61,599 bases of DNA from a virus (IMGVR_UViG_3300006030_000002:1-61599); one strand, 5' to 3'; positions 19,135-29,042 are shown, numbered from the stretch's first letter. Program-made: numbers and translations. Notes: generated by a model not told the origin, from the letters alone.

Positions 19135-19383
19135 CTAGTTGATTACGCTTCGTTGTTCTTTCATGAACGCGTCTAGTTTTTCGTCCATCCGATCCAAACG
19201 CTGAAGTACGCGGTTGATATCGTTATGCATGTCCTGCTTGGTAACAAACTTGTCCGAGTGCTCCTCACGGGTACGGCTGATGAGGATGCTCAAACGCTTC
19301 AGTTCTTCGTTCGTAGACTTGACCCACATAACCGTTCCACCAGCAACAATAGACAGCACCATGTTCCAAATAGCGAGTTCCAT
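19135..19383 (-). CDS. small protein with N-terminal TM and coiled coil
   Basis: 82 aa; hydrophobic residues 3-20. Confidence 0.6.
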   Translation of the reverse strand: MELAIWNMVLSIVAGGTVMWVKSTNEELKRLSILISRTREEHSDKFVTKQDMHNDINRVLQRLDRMDEKLDAFMKEQRSVIN

Positions 19384-19384
19384 G

Positions 19385-19639
19385 TCAGCAATTCCACGCC
19401 CGCAGGCTTTTATTGATCCGCGAGTTAGGATCGTTCGCCGTTTTGGAAGACGTGAGCTTCTTCTTCATCCCCTTCATCCGGGCACAGAATGAATCCCGGC
19501 GGGAACCGCCTTCTGGTTGGGGGCGTTTAAGCCCCGGCTTACCGGGATTGGCAGCGTTATAAGAGGCCCGTCCCTTGGCATTAAGACCGCCCTTGGGGTT
19601 CTTACCTTCCTTACGTTGCCAAGCCGGGGTCTTAGCCAT
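19385..19639 (-). CDS. small basic conserved phage protein
   Basis: ATG at 19639; MAKTPAWQRKEGKNPKGGLNAKGRASY...SFCARM...SLRAWNC. Confidence 0.7.
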   Translation of the reverse strand: MAKTPAWQRKEGKNPKGGLNAKGRASYNAANPGKPGLKRPQPEGGSRRDSFCARMKGMKKKLTSSKTANDPNSRINKSLRAWNC

Positions 19640-19904
19640 AGAACGCCACCGCAGATACGCCAGCCGAACAAACAATAACCAAGCTGGTTTCGCAAAGCAC
19701 CCCTTCACCCGGAATGATCACATTCATCGGGCCCGTGGTAGTAGCGGTAAAGGTAAAAAGAGTAGTAGAGCCGTCTTTTACAACGACTGTAGCAGCAGCC
19801 GTGCCCGCATTAATCGCAATACCGCGCAGCCGCGTACGGCCGTTAAAAGCTGTGGTAGTGCCGTTCGCCGCGCACGTTGCCCCTTTAACATCTGTCTGCA
19901 TCAT
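19632..19904 (-). CDS. small beta-rich structural protein
   Basis: 90 aa; coupled in the head operon. Confidence 0.6.
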   Translation of the reverse strand: MMQTDVKGATCAANGTTTAFNGRTRLRGIAINAGTAAATVVVKDGSTTLFTFTATTTGPMNVIIPGEGVLCETSLVIVCSAGVSAVAFYG

Positions 19905-20058
19905 GATCGGACTCCGGTTCTGGTGCGTCTAACCTGTTGATGAGCATTTTGTAGGCTTGGATCGTGGCTTGAGCCTGAATCTGGAAGGTCACTGCCTTCT
20001 GAAACTCCTGCTCAAGACTCACGATCTCGGCCTGCAAAAATTCCTTGGTTATCTGCAT
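19885..20058 (-). CDS. hypothetical coiled-coil protein
   Basis: ATG at 20058 overlaps the upstream stop. Confidence 0.5.
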   Translation of the reverse strand: MQITKEFLQAEIVSLEQEFQKAVTFQIQAQATIQAYKMLINRLDAPEPESDHDADRC

Positions 20059-20660
20059 TAGGACCAAGTAGTAGCGGCGAGGACGTAGTACGTAACGCCA
20101 CCGATCTGGATTTGAATCTTCTTGATCGTGCCACCCGGAGTAGCCGCACCCGCCGAAACGATGGTAGCCGCAGGGCCAGTCTCGATGTTGAAGAGGTTCT
20201 GAACCTTGCCGGTGCCAGCGCCACTATCCGAAACGCGCACAAACGCCGAAGAAGCAGGCAGCGTCACACCCGAAGCGAAATCGGTGTCAAGTTGCAGTGC
20301 AGCAAGCGTACCGCCGGGGGTAGCCGAAGTGCCGCCAATCGTGGCGCGGAGCGCGTTCGCAGCACCAGAAATCGTGCCGGGGGTGTTAACCGAGGTGGAA
20401 ATATGCGCACCGTTGATCGTGCCAGCCGTGGCTGCACCAACACCAGTCACAACCGAGAACGCACGCAGCGTCTCGCCGGAACCAGTCGAGGTGAAATTCA
20501 GACGCTCATAAAAAAGACGAGTGTCGCCCGAAGTGGCAGAAGTCGTGCCGTAGGCCGCGTTGATGTTCTGGGCCGTGGTAACAGCGATGGGGGAAGTTGC
20601 AGTGCCCGAAATAAAGCCGTTGTCCGACTTTACTGGGCCCGAAAAGGTGGTCAGAGCCAT
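20058..20660 (-). CDS. putative head fiber/decoration protein
   Basis: 200 aa Thr/Gly/Ala-rich; MALTTFSGPVKS; GAGGA RBS; follows the major capsid gene. Confidence 0.55.
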   Translation of the reverse strand: MALTTFSGPVKSDNGFISGTATSPIAVTTAQNINAAYGTTSATSGDTRLFYERLNFTSTGSGETLRAFSVVTGVGAATAGTINGAHISTSVNTPGTISGAANALRATIGGTSATPGGTLAALQLDTDFASGVTLPASSAFVRVSDSGAGTGKVQNLFNIETGPAATIVSAGAATPGGTIKKIQIQIGGVTYYVLAATTWS

Positions 20661-20669
20661 TATGTCCTC

Positions 20670-20738
20670 ACATGCGAGTTAAGCGTATCTGTCTGCATGT
20701 CGTCAGCCGGGACTGTCAGATACGCCGGATTTACCCGG
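20670..20738 (-). promoter_or_regulatory. structured RNA leader (predicted pseudoknot) upstream of 20058..20660
   Basis: 9-bp stem 20683-20691/20717-20725; 6-bp pairing 20670-20675/20695-20700 abutting the RBS. Confidence 0.45.
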
Positions 20739-20764
20739 AATAACCTCAATATACCCTAAAAATT

Positions 20765-20794
20765 AAAAAAGAAAAGGGGGGCCGTAGCCCCCCT
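20765..20794 (-). terminator. rho-independent terminator after major capsid gene
   Basis: 8-bp GC stem 20775-20782/20787-20794 followed by a U-tract on the minus strand. Confidence 0.85.
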
Positions 20795-20799
20795 CTCCA

Positions 20800-21708
20800 T
20801 TAGGCTCCTTGCGAGCCGTACATCCCCAGCGGGTCAGACCAGCCGAAGCTGTAACGCTCACGGGACTTGTACCGCACGTTGCCCGTGTCAAAGTCACCAT
20901 CCATCGACTGCGAAAGCGGCGTACGAACAAAGTGCTTCATGCCGTTCGGAACGTCCGTGGTCAGGAACCAAGCGTTCGTGTCGGTCAGGAAGTGGTTGAT
21001 CGTGTAGCCTTCCGGAATCGAGCCGTTGTTCTTGATGGCGTTGATGTCGTTGTCAGCCGTCGAAACGCGGAGTTCAGTCTCCAGCAGACGAGTTGCAACG
21101 AATTGCAGCGCCGGGGGAACAACCAGCTTCTTCGGCTTGGCAGCAATCAGCAGTCCACGCTCGTCCGTCCACGCAGCGATTTGAATCACGGCGTTTTCAA
21201 GCGAGGTTTCGTTCAGGTCGGCTGCGACCGAAGGGATGTTGCTGTTGGTGCCGCCAGACACCAGCGGGTGCGAGGCCGAGAACAGGGCAACACCGTCACC
21301 ACCGGGGTAGGACGAGGAGAAGCCGTTGTTCAGAACAGCAGCAGCCTTAACCTGCTTGGTGTACGCCATGGCACGAGCCAGCGCCTTGGTGTAACGCGCG
21401 GACAGGGAGTCGTAGAGGTTGTCCTCAATCGCCTCTTCCGTCAGCGAGAAACCCAGAGCAATAGTTTCGTGGTTATAGCGGGCAGTCCATGCTTCCTGCG
21501 CGTTGTCGTAGGCGATGGCAGAACCTTCAGCCTTGACCGGCGCGGCAGAGAAGCCCGACAGCTTGGTTTCTTCTTCAAAAGAACGCTCGGAAGTCTCAGT
21601 TTCGTAGATTTCCTTGTGCTCTTCGCCGTAGCGAGCATACTCCAGACCAAACAATGCGTTCAGGCCGGGGAGCAGCTCTTTCAGTAGTTGTGCACGTGAA
21701 ATAGCCAT
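20800..21708 (-). CDS. major capsid protein
   Basis: 302 aa; MAISRAQLLKELLPGLNALFGLEY...KPKKLVVPPAL...RERYSFGWSDP; AAGGAG RBS; terminator follows. Confidence 0.88.
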   Translation of the reverse strand: MAISRAQLLKELLPGLNALFGLEYARYGEEHKEIYETETSERSFEEETKLSGFSAAPVKAEGSAIAYDNAQEAWTARYNHETIALGFSLTEEAIEDNLYDSLSARYTKALARAMAYTKQVKAAAVLNNGFSSSYPGGDGVALFSASHPLVSGGTNSNIPSVAADLNETSLENAVIQIAAWTDERGLLIAAKPKKLVVPPALQFVATRLLETELRVSTADNDINAIKNNGSIPEGYTINHFLTDTNAWFLTTDVPNGMKHFVRTPLSQSMDGDFDTGNVRYKSRERYSFGWSDPLGMYGSQGA

Positions 21709-21718
21709 TTATAGCTCC

Positions 21719-22363
21719 TTAAATGCCCGAGGCGTTGTAGTACGAGTGGTAGCCAAAGTTGAACTTAACGATAAATTCAACAAAGTTACCAGACGAGTTG
21801 GCGGTATCAGGCACCACATCAACGACACGGAAGGGCAGGCTGCTGGTAGCACCAGCGATATAAATGCCAGTCTTCGAGTCGCCAGTGGTCGTGCTGCCGG
21901 TGTTCAGAACCAGACGGCAGTTGTTACCGATAGCGGTAAGCCCAACAAAGGCCGGGAGAAGGCCAGACGTGGCGTCATCAGAGGTCGTGCCCGTGACGTT
22001 GACCGCCTTGAACAGTTGATCAGGATCATCTGCAACGAAGGCAACCGCGTCAGTCACGCCAGAGGCGTAACCGGGCCAGTACTGCTGAAACACCTTTTGC
22101 TTCGTGGCGGGGTTGGTGTAGGAACAGCCAAGGAAAACACCAACAACACCAGCGAGAGGCGAAGTATCTGCCGCGAGGGGCGAAACCTCAACCACACCAT
22201 TAGCCGTCAGCGTAACCACATCACCGTAGAAAATCGGGGTGTTGTAGTTGACGGAAGACGTGGTGATGGCAAGTTGACGAGTCGACCCGGCAAACACCTG
22301 CCCGCCGATCAGATTGATCGGTTTCAGCCCATAAGGGGCTGGTACAGACGGGTAAGCAGCCAT
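21719..22363 (-). CDS. capsid cement/decoration-like protein
   Basis: 214 aa immediately upstream of the capsid gene; PYGLKP...IFYGDVV...GVFLGC. Confidence 0.55.
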   Translation of the reverse strand: MAAYPSVPAPYGLKPINLIGGQVFAGSTRQLAITTSSVNYNTPIFYGDVVTLTANGVVEVSPLAADTSPLAGVVGVFLGCSYTNPATKQKVFQQYWPGYASGVTDAVAFVADDPDQLFKAVNVTGTTSDDATSGLLPAFVGLTAIGNNCRLVLNTGSTTTGDSKTGIYIAGATSSLPFRVVDVVPDTANSSGNFVEFIVKFNFGYHSYYNASGI

Positions 22364-22381
22364 TTATAAACTCCTAAAAGA

Positions 22382-22831
22382 TTAATTGCCTTTACCAAAA
22401 CTGGTCGAAGACTTTCCTTCTTTAAAGAGGGGCATCCTCGCGTCGTTCTGGCGCATGAAGTTGTTGTCTACAGCCTCCGTCTGAGCAGCGGTCTGGCGGG
22501 CGAAATATTCGTTTCGCTGCTGGACAAACTCTTTGGGAGTCTTGCAGAGCAACAGTCCCCCAATCTCAATCGCGTCTTTGAAGCGCGAGTTGGGGTCAAG
22601 AAGCAGTCTGAATTTGGGTTGTTCTTCGACAGGCACCGGTTCCCAACCTTCTCGCATTTTGGAGGAGAGGTTACGGGCGTCGGCTTGCCCCAAAGTTGAA
22701 ACACGAACCCAGCGATAGGCGTAATCCGGATTTTTGTCCGGCTCCGGCAATAGTTCAGGTTGCTGCCACTGCTTGGGCCGCTCTGCTATCGCACGTGTTT
22801 CAAGTTCTCTTGCCAAACGATTCTCAGCCAT
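22382..22831 (-). CDS. conserved head-module protein
   Basis: 149 aa; YRWVR...REGWEPV...IGGLLLCK. Confidence 0.65.
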   Translation of the reverse strand: MAENRLARELETRAIAERPKQWQQPELLPEPDKNPDYAYRWVRVSTLGQADARNLSSKMREGWEPVPVEEQPKFRLLLDPNSRFKDAIEIGGLLLCKTPKEFVQQRNEYFARQTAAQTEAVDNNFMRQNDARMPLFKEGKSSTSFGKGN

Positions 22832-23780
22832 TGCGGGCCTCCTTCATGTACTCCTTCACATATTGTTCAGGAGTGATACCCAGTTTTTTGATCAGGGTGA
22901 GTTGGCTCGTCTTCAGCCGCACCTTCTGAGGTGCCGTGCTGCGAGTTGCCGGGGCCACTACAGTAGTCGGTTTTGGCCGAGTCGTTTCGCGGCTTTGCTG
23001 CTCTTCTTCCCCTTCAAACGCTTCGGGGAATCGCTTCCGCATGGTTTTGTCAAGCGTAGCGTAATACTCATCAGATCCAACTACTACACCATTACGCCGG
23101 AGTTTTTCGTGTAACCCAAGCGCACTGGCAGTCATTTCTTCATCCTGTCCAAACCACGGATTGCGTTGTTGCCACGCTTCCGCACGGGGGTCAGCCCGTT
23201 GTACAGGTTGTGGTTGTTGAAACTGTTGCGGTTGTTCTACCTCAAAATTATCGGTTTGTAAAGGAGATCTGAAATTGTTTACCTGCATCAATTTCATGTT
23301 GGCGTTCTGCATCGCCTGCTGGGCTTCTACGATCTTGTCCGTATCCCCAGCGTCGTACGCCTCTTTATAAGCCTTCTTCGCCATCTGAAGCTCAAGTTCG
23401 GCGGAATGCTTAAAGTTAGAAATATACTCCTTTTCCCCAACAGTATAAATTTCTTTAATCTTTTTATTTTCTTGTAGCAACCGTTGGGCTACAGCGATAG
23501 CTTCCTGCTGCTCCCGAAGGGCTGCTTCTTTTTCCCTGCGCTCGTCGTGCCAGACCTTGCGCATTTGCCTGAGTTTTTCCTTAACGGAATCGTCGTACTG
23601 CTCAAGCTCGTCCTTCTCCAGCGCCTCGACGATGGGTTTAGGCATTGGAGCCTTGTCACGATCCTCTACCGGGGTATCGTCTTCAATCTCAATTTCGATC
23701 TCCGGCTGGGTTTTGGCCTGCACCGGCTTCTGTTCCACCTCATCGGGGAATTTAAATTCGGTCTGTTCCATTTGGGACAT
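22824..23780 (-). CDS. scaffolding protein (putative)
   Basis: 318 aa, acidic and coiled-coil; AEAWQQRNPWFG; ends KLGITPEQYVKE; lies between portal and capsid genes. Confidence 0.7.
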   Translation of the reverse strand: MSQMEQTEFKFPDEVEQKPVQAKTQPEIEIEIEDDTPVEDRDKAPMPKPIVEALEKDELEQYDDSVKEKLRQMRKVWHDERREKEAALREQQEAIAVAQRLLQENKKIKEIYTVGEKEYISNFKHSAELELQMAKKAYKEAYDAGDTDKIVEAQQAMQNANMKLMQVNNFRSPLQTDNFEVEQPQQFQQPQPVQRADPRAEAWQQRNPWFGQDEEMTASALGLHEKLRRNGVVVGSDEYYATLDKTMRKRFPEAFEGEEEQQSRETTRPKPTTVVAPATRSTAPQKVRLKTSQLTLIKKLGITPEQYVKEYMKEARNG

Positions 23781-23791
23781 TTTGGTTTCCC

Positions 23792-24154
23792 TTATTTACG
23801 TTTAATACCGCGTGGGTCTTGTACCACTCCCTCAACCGAATCGTCGTTGATGATTCGGAATTCCTTGCCATGGATGACAAGACGGGAACCTGTGAACGGA
23901 CGGATCAATACAAAGTCGCCCTCTTTGCACCACGGCCCGGTTGGGAATCGTTTTGCGTCCCTGTAGCAGTCCGGCCCGAGCTTCACGACAAACAACACCG
24001 TCGTGAGGGTTTCTTCGCTGCTGATTGTGATATCAGCCTTCACCAACCCGCTTTCAAACTCCTTCTCAATATCCGGAATGGCGCAGAGGATTCTGTATCC
24101 AACGGGTTCCGGCAACTGCCGAGCTTTGTCTTCGGCGTTGATTTCTTCACTCAT
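23792..24154 (-). CDS. groES: GroES-like co-chaperonin
   Basis: PVGYRILC...SGLV...VVKLGPDCY...CKEGDFVL...GKEFRIINDDSVEGVV. Confidence 0.8.
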   Translation of the reverse strand: MSEEINAEDKARQLPEPVGYRILCAIPDIEKEFESGLVKADITISSEETLTTVLFVVKLGPDCYRDAKRFPTGPWCKEGDFVLIRPFTGSRLVIHGKEFRIINDDSVEGVVQDPRGIKRK

Positions 24155-24338
24155 CCATCGTCTCCATTCTTTCTTCTAGGTCTTTAATTACTGCGCACGC
24201 GGCTTCAAGACCTCGTAACTGGCCACATGTAAATTTGTACTCCTCATAGCTGGTGCACATCCCACGAGACATGGCTTGGGACAGCATGTCCATGCGCTCG
24301 CGGTACTCCCGCTTCAAGTAGTCAAGGGTCGTATCCAT
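24147..24338 (-). CDS. hypothetical protein
   Basis: 63 aa; coupled to the portal gene. Confidence 0.65.
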   Translation of the reverse strand: MDTTLDYLKREYRERMDMLSQAMSRGMCTSYEEYKFTCGQLRGLEAACAVIKDLEERMETMDE

Positions 24339-26941
24339 CAGTCACCTTTTTGTGGTTTAGATTTATCGGCCTTCTTGCTATTTATTTCTTTCATCACGTC
24401 CATGCTCAACTGCGCCATCAACTTCTCGCGCTCACGAGCACCCAGAGCAGCCGCTTTCAGCATGTCGGCTTTTTCACGGTTGTTGTCAGCGATTGTCTTG
24501 GCGGTCAACTCAGCAGACATCTTCATAGCACCAAGCTGGGCGCGTTCTTTCTCTGCCTGAATTTCAGCAGCCATCTTCATCGCGTCAAGCTGCATGCGTT
24601 GGGCGTCGGTCGCGGCCTGTGCTTGGATGCGTTGCTGCTCGATCTGAAGCTGCTGTGCGCGGGCCTGCATGTCCATCTGATCCTTCTGGGCCTTGCGCTG
24701 CTGTTCCTGCTGCTTGATCTGAAGCTCCTGCATCTGCATCTGGATGAGCGGATCCTGCGCCTGCTGCTGGGCTTGTTTCTGCGCCGCCTCCTGCTGGTTT
24801 TGCATGAGTAGCCTTTGAGCCGCTTGAGCCAGTAGGGGGGACAGACGCGCTTCGACTTCGGGGATCAGGTGGTTGTCTTCACCTTCCTCATCCTTCTCCG
24901 GCGGCAGCGGCATGCCAAGCTGCTGTTCAATCTGGCGACGATATTCAAAGGCCGTGTGCTCGTTGATGTGCGCCATCATTGACTGCATCATTGCCTGTGC
25001 CCCCGGATTCTGTTGCATAAGTTGCTGAATCTTCGGGTCTTGCATGGCAGACATGTGCACCATGATGTGAGCCTGATGGTCTTGGTACAGGAACGCCTTG
25101 ACCGGCTTCATGGTGATGATGTTCTGGTTCTCAGTCACCGGGTCGAGCGGCTTCTGGTCCTCATCCATCGGCACCAGCTTGTCCGCATCCTTGATACCCA
25201 GCACGTCGAGCATCTGGCGGTTCAGGAGCGGCATGTTGTAGAGCGTGGGGTTTGCCTGCGCCAACTGCTGCACTGCCTGCATCTGCACGATCTTCTGCGC
25301 CATGGTGGCCGCGTTCGGATCAGATACCGGGATCACGTCAACGTTGTCGTAGTCGCTGCGTTTGGCGAACCTATTGCCCACCTCCGGCTCGTACTCGTAC
25401 TCCTCCGGCGTATAGTCGGCAATGATCTCCTTCAGCAGCCCCAACTCCTGCTTCATCGAGTAGTGGATGCGTGCTTGGATAGCCGACATGTTCTTGAGGG
25501 TGCGCTCCAGAATTGCCAGCGTGGTGCCTACCGGGGCTTGGGCAGACATGTCAGACAGGCTTAGATCTGCGGTGTTAGCGAACCGACGCCCCTCCTCCAT
25601 GATCTTGTCCATGAGGCCAGCCAACACCTGCGACGGCTCCTTGTACGGCAGAGGCAGCAGGTTGTCCCGCAGCGTGCCAGACGGCACGTCTACATCGCGC
25701 CATTCACCGGGGGAGATCGGGGTGTCATCACCCTTTACCCGCATCCCGCGCGTTTTAAAGCCCCCCGGAAGGTTAGACAGGGTGCCCGCGTCCACCAACT
25801 GACGGATAAGACTTGTGCCGCTCTTGGCGAACGCACCGATCAGGTGGATCAAACCGAAGCAGTAGAACCCGAAGCCGGGGACGTATCCGTAGTGCACGAA
25901 GTGTTGCCGGGGCTGGTGCGAGTCATCATCAGGCTCCCAGTTACGCCGAACCGCCAGTACCTTCCCAGACCCCTTCTCCAGCGTCACCACGTATGGCAGC
26001 GCGATCCCAGTCTCCTTGCCGTCCTCCTTGTGCTCAAACCCTTTCAGGTCCAAGTGCACGTGCATCTCAAGGATCTTGTACCGGTCATCCGAGATAGCCC
26101 TGAACCCCAGCTTCTCGGCAATCTTCTTCTCCACCTCGTCCAACACGTTGTCGGGAGCGCCAAGCTCAATGTCCCGGTAGAACCCCGCGTGCTGCAACCG
26201 CTTCAACTCGTTCTCGGTCTTTCGCATCACGTGCGTGACCCGTTCAGCAGCCGCCAGATCACTTGCGCCATATGGCACCACGAGGTCTTCAGCAGGCACG
26301 AACATTGACACCTGACGCTGGAGGTGCGGGTCGAAGTAGACCTTCTTGAACGCGTTGCCCGCGAGGCCAAGCCCCCAGAGCATTCGCTCGTGCTCGGGAC
26401 GGAACTCCTTCATCACGTCCGTCAACTGGTAGTTCATGTCCTCCGCAACCCGTTCTGCGGCGGCTTTCTTGTCGGTGGTTTCCTTGCCAATGATTTTGGT
26501 CTTGACCGGCCCGCTCGCAGGGAACGTAGCCATCATCGTTTCAGACTGGAACTTTACGAGGGCTTCTGCAAGGATTGGGTGGTACACCCCGCAAGCGCCC
26601 TGCCACGGCTCGGACCGCTCCTCGATCTTGAGCCCCAACAACTCCAGCCCATCTACATACGTCTGCATCCAGTCCCGACGGGACGCAATGTCATCAGTGA
26701 AATCGCCAAGCAACTCGCCTGCAAGCGACTCAAGCGCCTGCTCATCCATGTGTTCGGCAAGGTTGTCTTCAAACTCCGGGCTGTCTTCCGTCTGCTCAAT
26801 TTGCAGTAACGGCTCCCCGTCAATCCCAATAGTTACGCTTTCCGGATCTTCAACCTCGATCTCGATGGCAGGGCCAGCTTCCTCACCCATCAACTCTTCG
26901 ATGCCTTGCGGCGCGGCGTACAGCGATTTCTCGATAGCCAT
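24338..26941 (-). CDS. portal protein
   Basis: 867 aa directly after terL; long Gln-rich C-terminal coiled coil as in P22-type portals. Confidence 0.85.
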   Translation of the reverse strand: MAIEKSLYAAPQGIEELMGEEAGPAIEIEVEDPESVTIGIDGEPLLQIEQTEDSPEFEDNLAEHMDEQALESLAGELLGDFTDDIASRRDWMQTYVDGLELLGLKIEERSEPWQGACGVYHPILAEALVKFQSETMMATFPASGPVKTKIIGKETTDKKAAAERVAEDMNYQLTDVMKEFRPEHERMLWGLGLAGNAFKKVYFDPHLQRQVSMFVPAEDLVVPYGASDLAAAERVTHVMRKTENELKRLQHAGFYRDIELGAPDNVLDEVEKKIAEKLGFRAISDDRYKILEMHVHLDLKGFEHKEDGKETGIALPYVVTLEKGSGKVLAVRRNWEPDDDSHQPRQHFVHYGYVPGFGFYCFGLIHLIGAFAKSGTSLIRQLVDAGTLSNLPGGFKTRGMRVKGDDTPISPGEWRDVDVPSGTLRDNLLPLPYKEPSQVLAGLMDKIMEEGRRFANTADLSLSDMSAQAPVGTTLAILERTLKNMSAIQARIHYSMKQELGLLKEIIADYTPEEYEYEPEVGNRFAKRSDYDNVDVIPVSDPNAATMAQKIVQMQAVQQLAQANPTLYNMPLLNRQMLDVLGIKDADKLVPMDEDQKPLDPVTENQNIITMKPVKAFLYQDHQAHIMVHMSAMQDPKIQQLMQQNPGAQAMMQSMMAHINEHTAFEYRRQIEQQLGMPLPPEKDEEGEDNHLIPEVEARLSPLLAQAAQRLLMQNQQEAAQKQAQQQAQDPLIQMQMQELQIKQQEQQRKAQKDQMDMQARAQQLQIEQQRIQAQAATDAQRMQLDAMKMAAEIQAEKERAQLGAMKMSAELTAKTIADNNREKADMLKAAALGAREREKLMAQLSMDVMKEINSKKADKSKPQKGD

Positions 26942-26950
26942 AATCGTTCC

Positions 26951-28459
26951 TTAATAGTATTCCCGTTTTCTCGGGTACATCGGCTCGTCTTCCTCGTCCG
27001 TGTGAAGCCGAATAAGCCCACCCTTCCGATAACGCAGCAGTGCCTGCGTCATGGAGTCAACCAAGTCATCATGCTCCCCAGACGGGAATGATGCCACTTC
27101 TTCAACCAGTTCTTCCGCCCAGCGAGTCTCCGGCACCCAAACACGTCCAGAGGCAAACAGATCCGCAACCGCGTTCAAACGGGCAATCTTATCGTTTCCT
27201 TTACTGGGCGTGAACTCCTGAACCGGCAACCCCATGGCCCGAAGCTCAAAAATCAAAGGCGAGCCCGCTGCCTTGGCTTCAATAATGGTTGCGTCCGGGT
27301 TCCACTCCTTATATTCCTCGTACGCCTTCTGCTTCAGTTCCGGAAACTCCATCCGCCGCTTGAAGGCATTTAGAAGAATAATGTTGGATTGCGGGCGACC
27401 ATTATCATCATCCTTTTGGAACACACCCCACGTGGTGCACGCGGAATAATCCGACCGCTCGGTCTTCAAAAATGCCGTATCCCACGACTGGATAATGAAT
27501 TCACAGTACGGCGGGTCTTCCTTGTCCCATATTTGCCACCATTCCCGCTTGATAATCGCAGACACGTCCGAAGTCGGTGCCTGCATGTACTGTGCCTGCC
27601 ATTTAGCGACAGGAAGTTCGTTTTTTAGAGCCTCAAGCTCCTCGATTTTCCAAAACTCAGGCCAAAGTGACCGCCCAGAAGGCAGAATTGCCGGAAATTC
27701 GATGACTCTCCACTCTTCCCCGTCTCGCTGGGACGCAGCCTTGACTACTTGCCCGGTCAGATCCTTCTTTGACCACCGCGTCATCACGACAACGATGGCT
27801 CCACCCGGTTGCAGACGCTGACGAGGACCAGATGTGTACCACTCGTAGGTCTTGTCATAAATCTCGGGGCTAGTTTCCGCTAGGGTCGCTTCCTGTTCCG
27901 AGTGAGGGTCGTCAATAATGAGGAGATCCGCGCCTTTACCCGTAACTGCACCGCCCACACCGATAGCGAAATACTCTCCAGCATGGTTAGTGGCCCACCG
28001 GCCAGCAGCTTTAGAGTCAGCTTGTAGCGAAACCTCTGGAAAAATGTCCTTATATTTGTCGGAATCAACGAGGTTCCTCACTTTCCGACCAAAACCCACG
28101 GCCAGTTCCGCTGTGTGCGACGTTTGAATGATTTTCTTGCCCGGATACATCCCCAAAAACCAAGCCGGGAGCAGGTAAGAGGCAAACTCCGACTTCGTAT
28201 GCCGTGGCGGCATATTAATAATGAGTCTTTTCAGCTTGCCCTCGGCCACCTGCTGGAACGCTTCGGCCATTTTCTCGTGGTGCGCACCGTGAATGAAGCT
28301 CGGCCACACGTATTTCACGAATGCCATGAAGTCTTTGGCTACTAACTCCTTGGTTTTTGCCTTTCTCGCCTCCGCAATTAATTGACCAACCTTCTGCTGC
28401 GCCGCTGGCGGCAGTTTTGGCAACGCCTTTTCCGCTTTTTCAAGCAGTTGGGGGTTCAT
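26951..28459 (-). CDS. terL: terminase large subunit
   Basis: INMPPRHTKS (Walker A), LLIIDDP (Walker B), VMTRW, SWDTA and FPSGEHDDLVDS nuclease motifs. Confidence 0.95.
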   Translation of the reverse strand: MNPQLLEKAEKALPKLPPAAQQKVGQLIAEARKAKTKELVAKDFMAFVKYVWPSFIHGAHHEKMAEAFQQVAEGKLKRLIINMPPRHTKSEFASYLLPAWFLGMYPGKKIIQTSHTAELAVGFGRKVRNLVDSDKYKDIFPEVSLQADSKAAGRWATNHAGEYFAIGVGGAVTGKGADLLIIDDPHSEQEATLAETSPEIYDKTYEWYTSGPRQRLQPGGAIVVVMTRWSKKDLTGQVVKAASQRDGEEWRVIEFPAILPSGRSLWPEFWKIEELEALKNELPVAKWQAQYMQAPTSDVSAIIKREWWQIWDKEDPPYCEFIIQSWDTAFLKTERSDYSACTTWGVFQKDDDNGRPQSNIILLNAFKRRMEFPELKQKAYEEYKEWNPDATIIEAKAAGSPLIFELRAMGLPVQEFTPSKGNDKIARLNAVADLFASGRVWVPETRWAEELVEEVASFPSGEHDDLVDSMTQALLRYRKGGLIRLHTDEEDEPMYPRKREYY

Positions 28460-29042
28460 CGGCGGGGGTTTCTGTACCTAATTCAGCATCGAGATCGATT
28501 TCGGCCACGGCTTTCGGGGCTTCTTGCAGGGCATTCAACTCTTCCACGTCCACCACGTCTCCACCAAACAACTCCAGAGTCTTCTTCAACTCGTTTTCGA
28601 TGTCGTTTATGGTTCTGTGGGTCACGTTTACGTCAATCCGCTCACTGAAAAGACCAACAGACGAGACTTTTCCAAGCAGTTCCAACGCTCTGAGCCGCAC
28701 TTTTGAGTCCGGATCTGCCGTTTCGAGGAGCAATTTGTTTGTGACGTAGTTTCTGAGGCGACGGCCTACGTCCAGCACCTCGTGGTCCCACTCAGAAAGC
28801 ATGGCTTCCAAGTGAACTATTGCACCGGGCGTTGCATTTTTGGGTAACGGTTTGGAAGCGGCGAAGGCAAGGTGCGCTTCTTTTTTATCCGCTTCGGTTA
28901 CTTCGATAGGTAAACCGTTCTTATGCAGTTCCTCAACGGTGAGGAACATGGCGTGCGCCTTCTGCCGAAAGTCATCAATTTCTTCGGGCGTTGTGTTGAA
29001 GGGCAGCGGGATACCGACTTCTGGTGTTGCAACGATTGGCAT
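28440..29042 (-). CDS. terminase small subunit (putative)
   Basis: 200 aa overlapping the terL start; RLRALELLGK...LFSER motif. Confidence 0.65.
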   Translation of the reverse strand: MPIVATPEVGIPLPFNTTPEEIDDFRQKAHAMFLTVEELHKNGLPIEVTEADKKEAHLAFAASKPLPKNATPGAIVHLEAMLSEWDHEVLDVGRRLRNYVTNKLLLETADPDSKVRLRALELLGKVSSVGLFSERIDVNVTHRTINDIENELKKTLELFGGDVVDVEELNALQEAPKAVAEIDLDAELGTETPADEPPTA

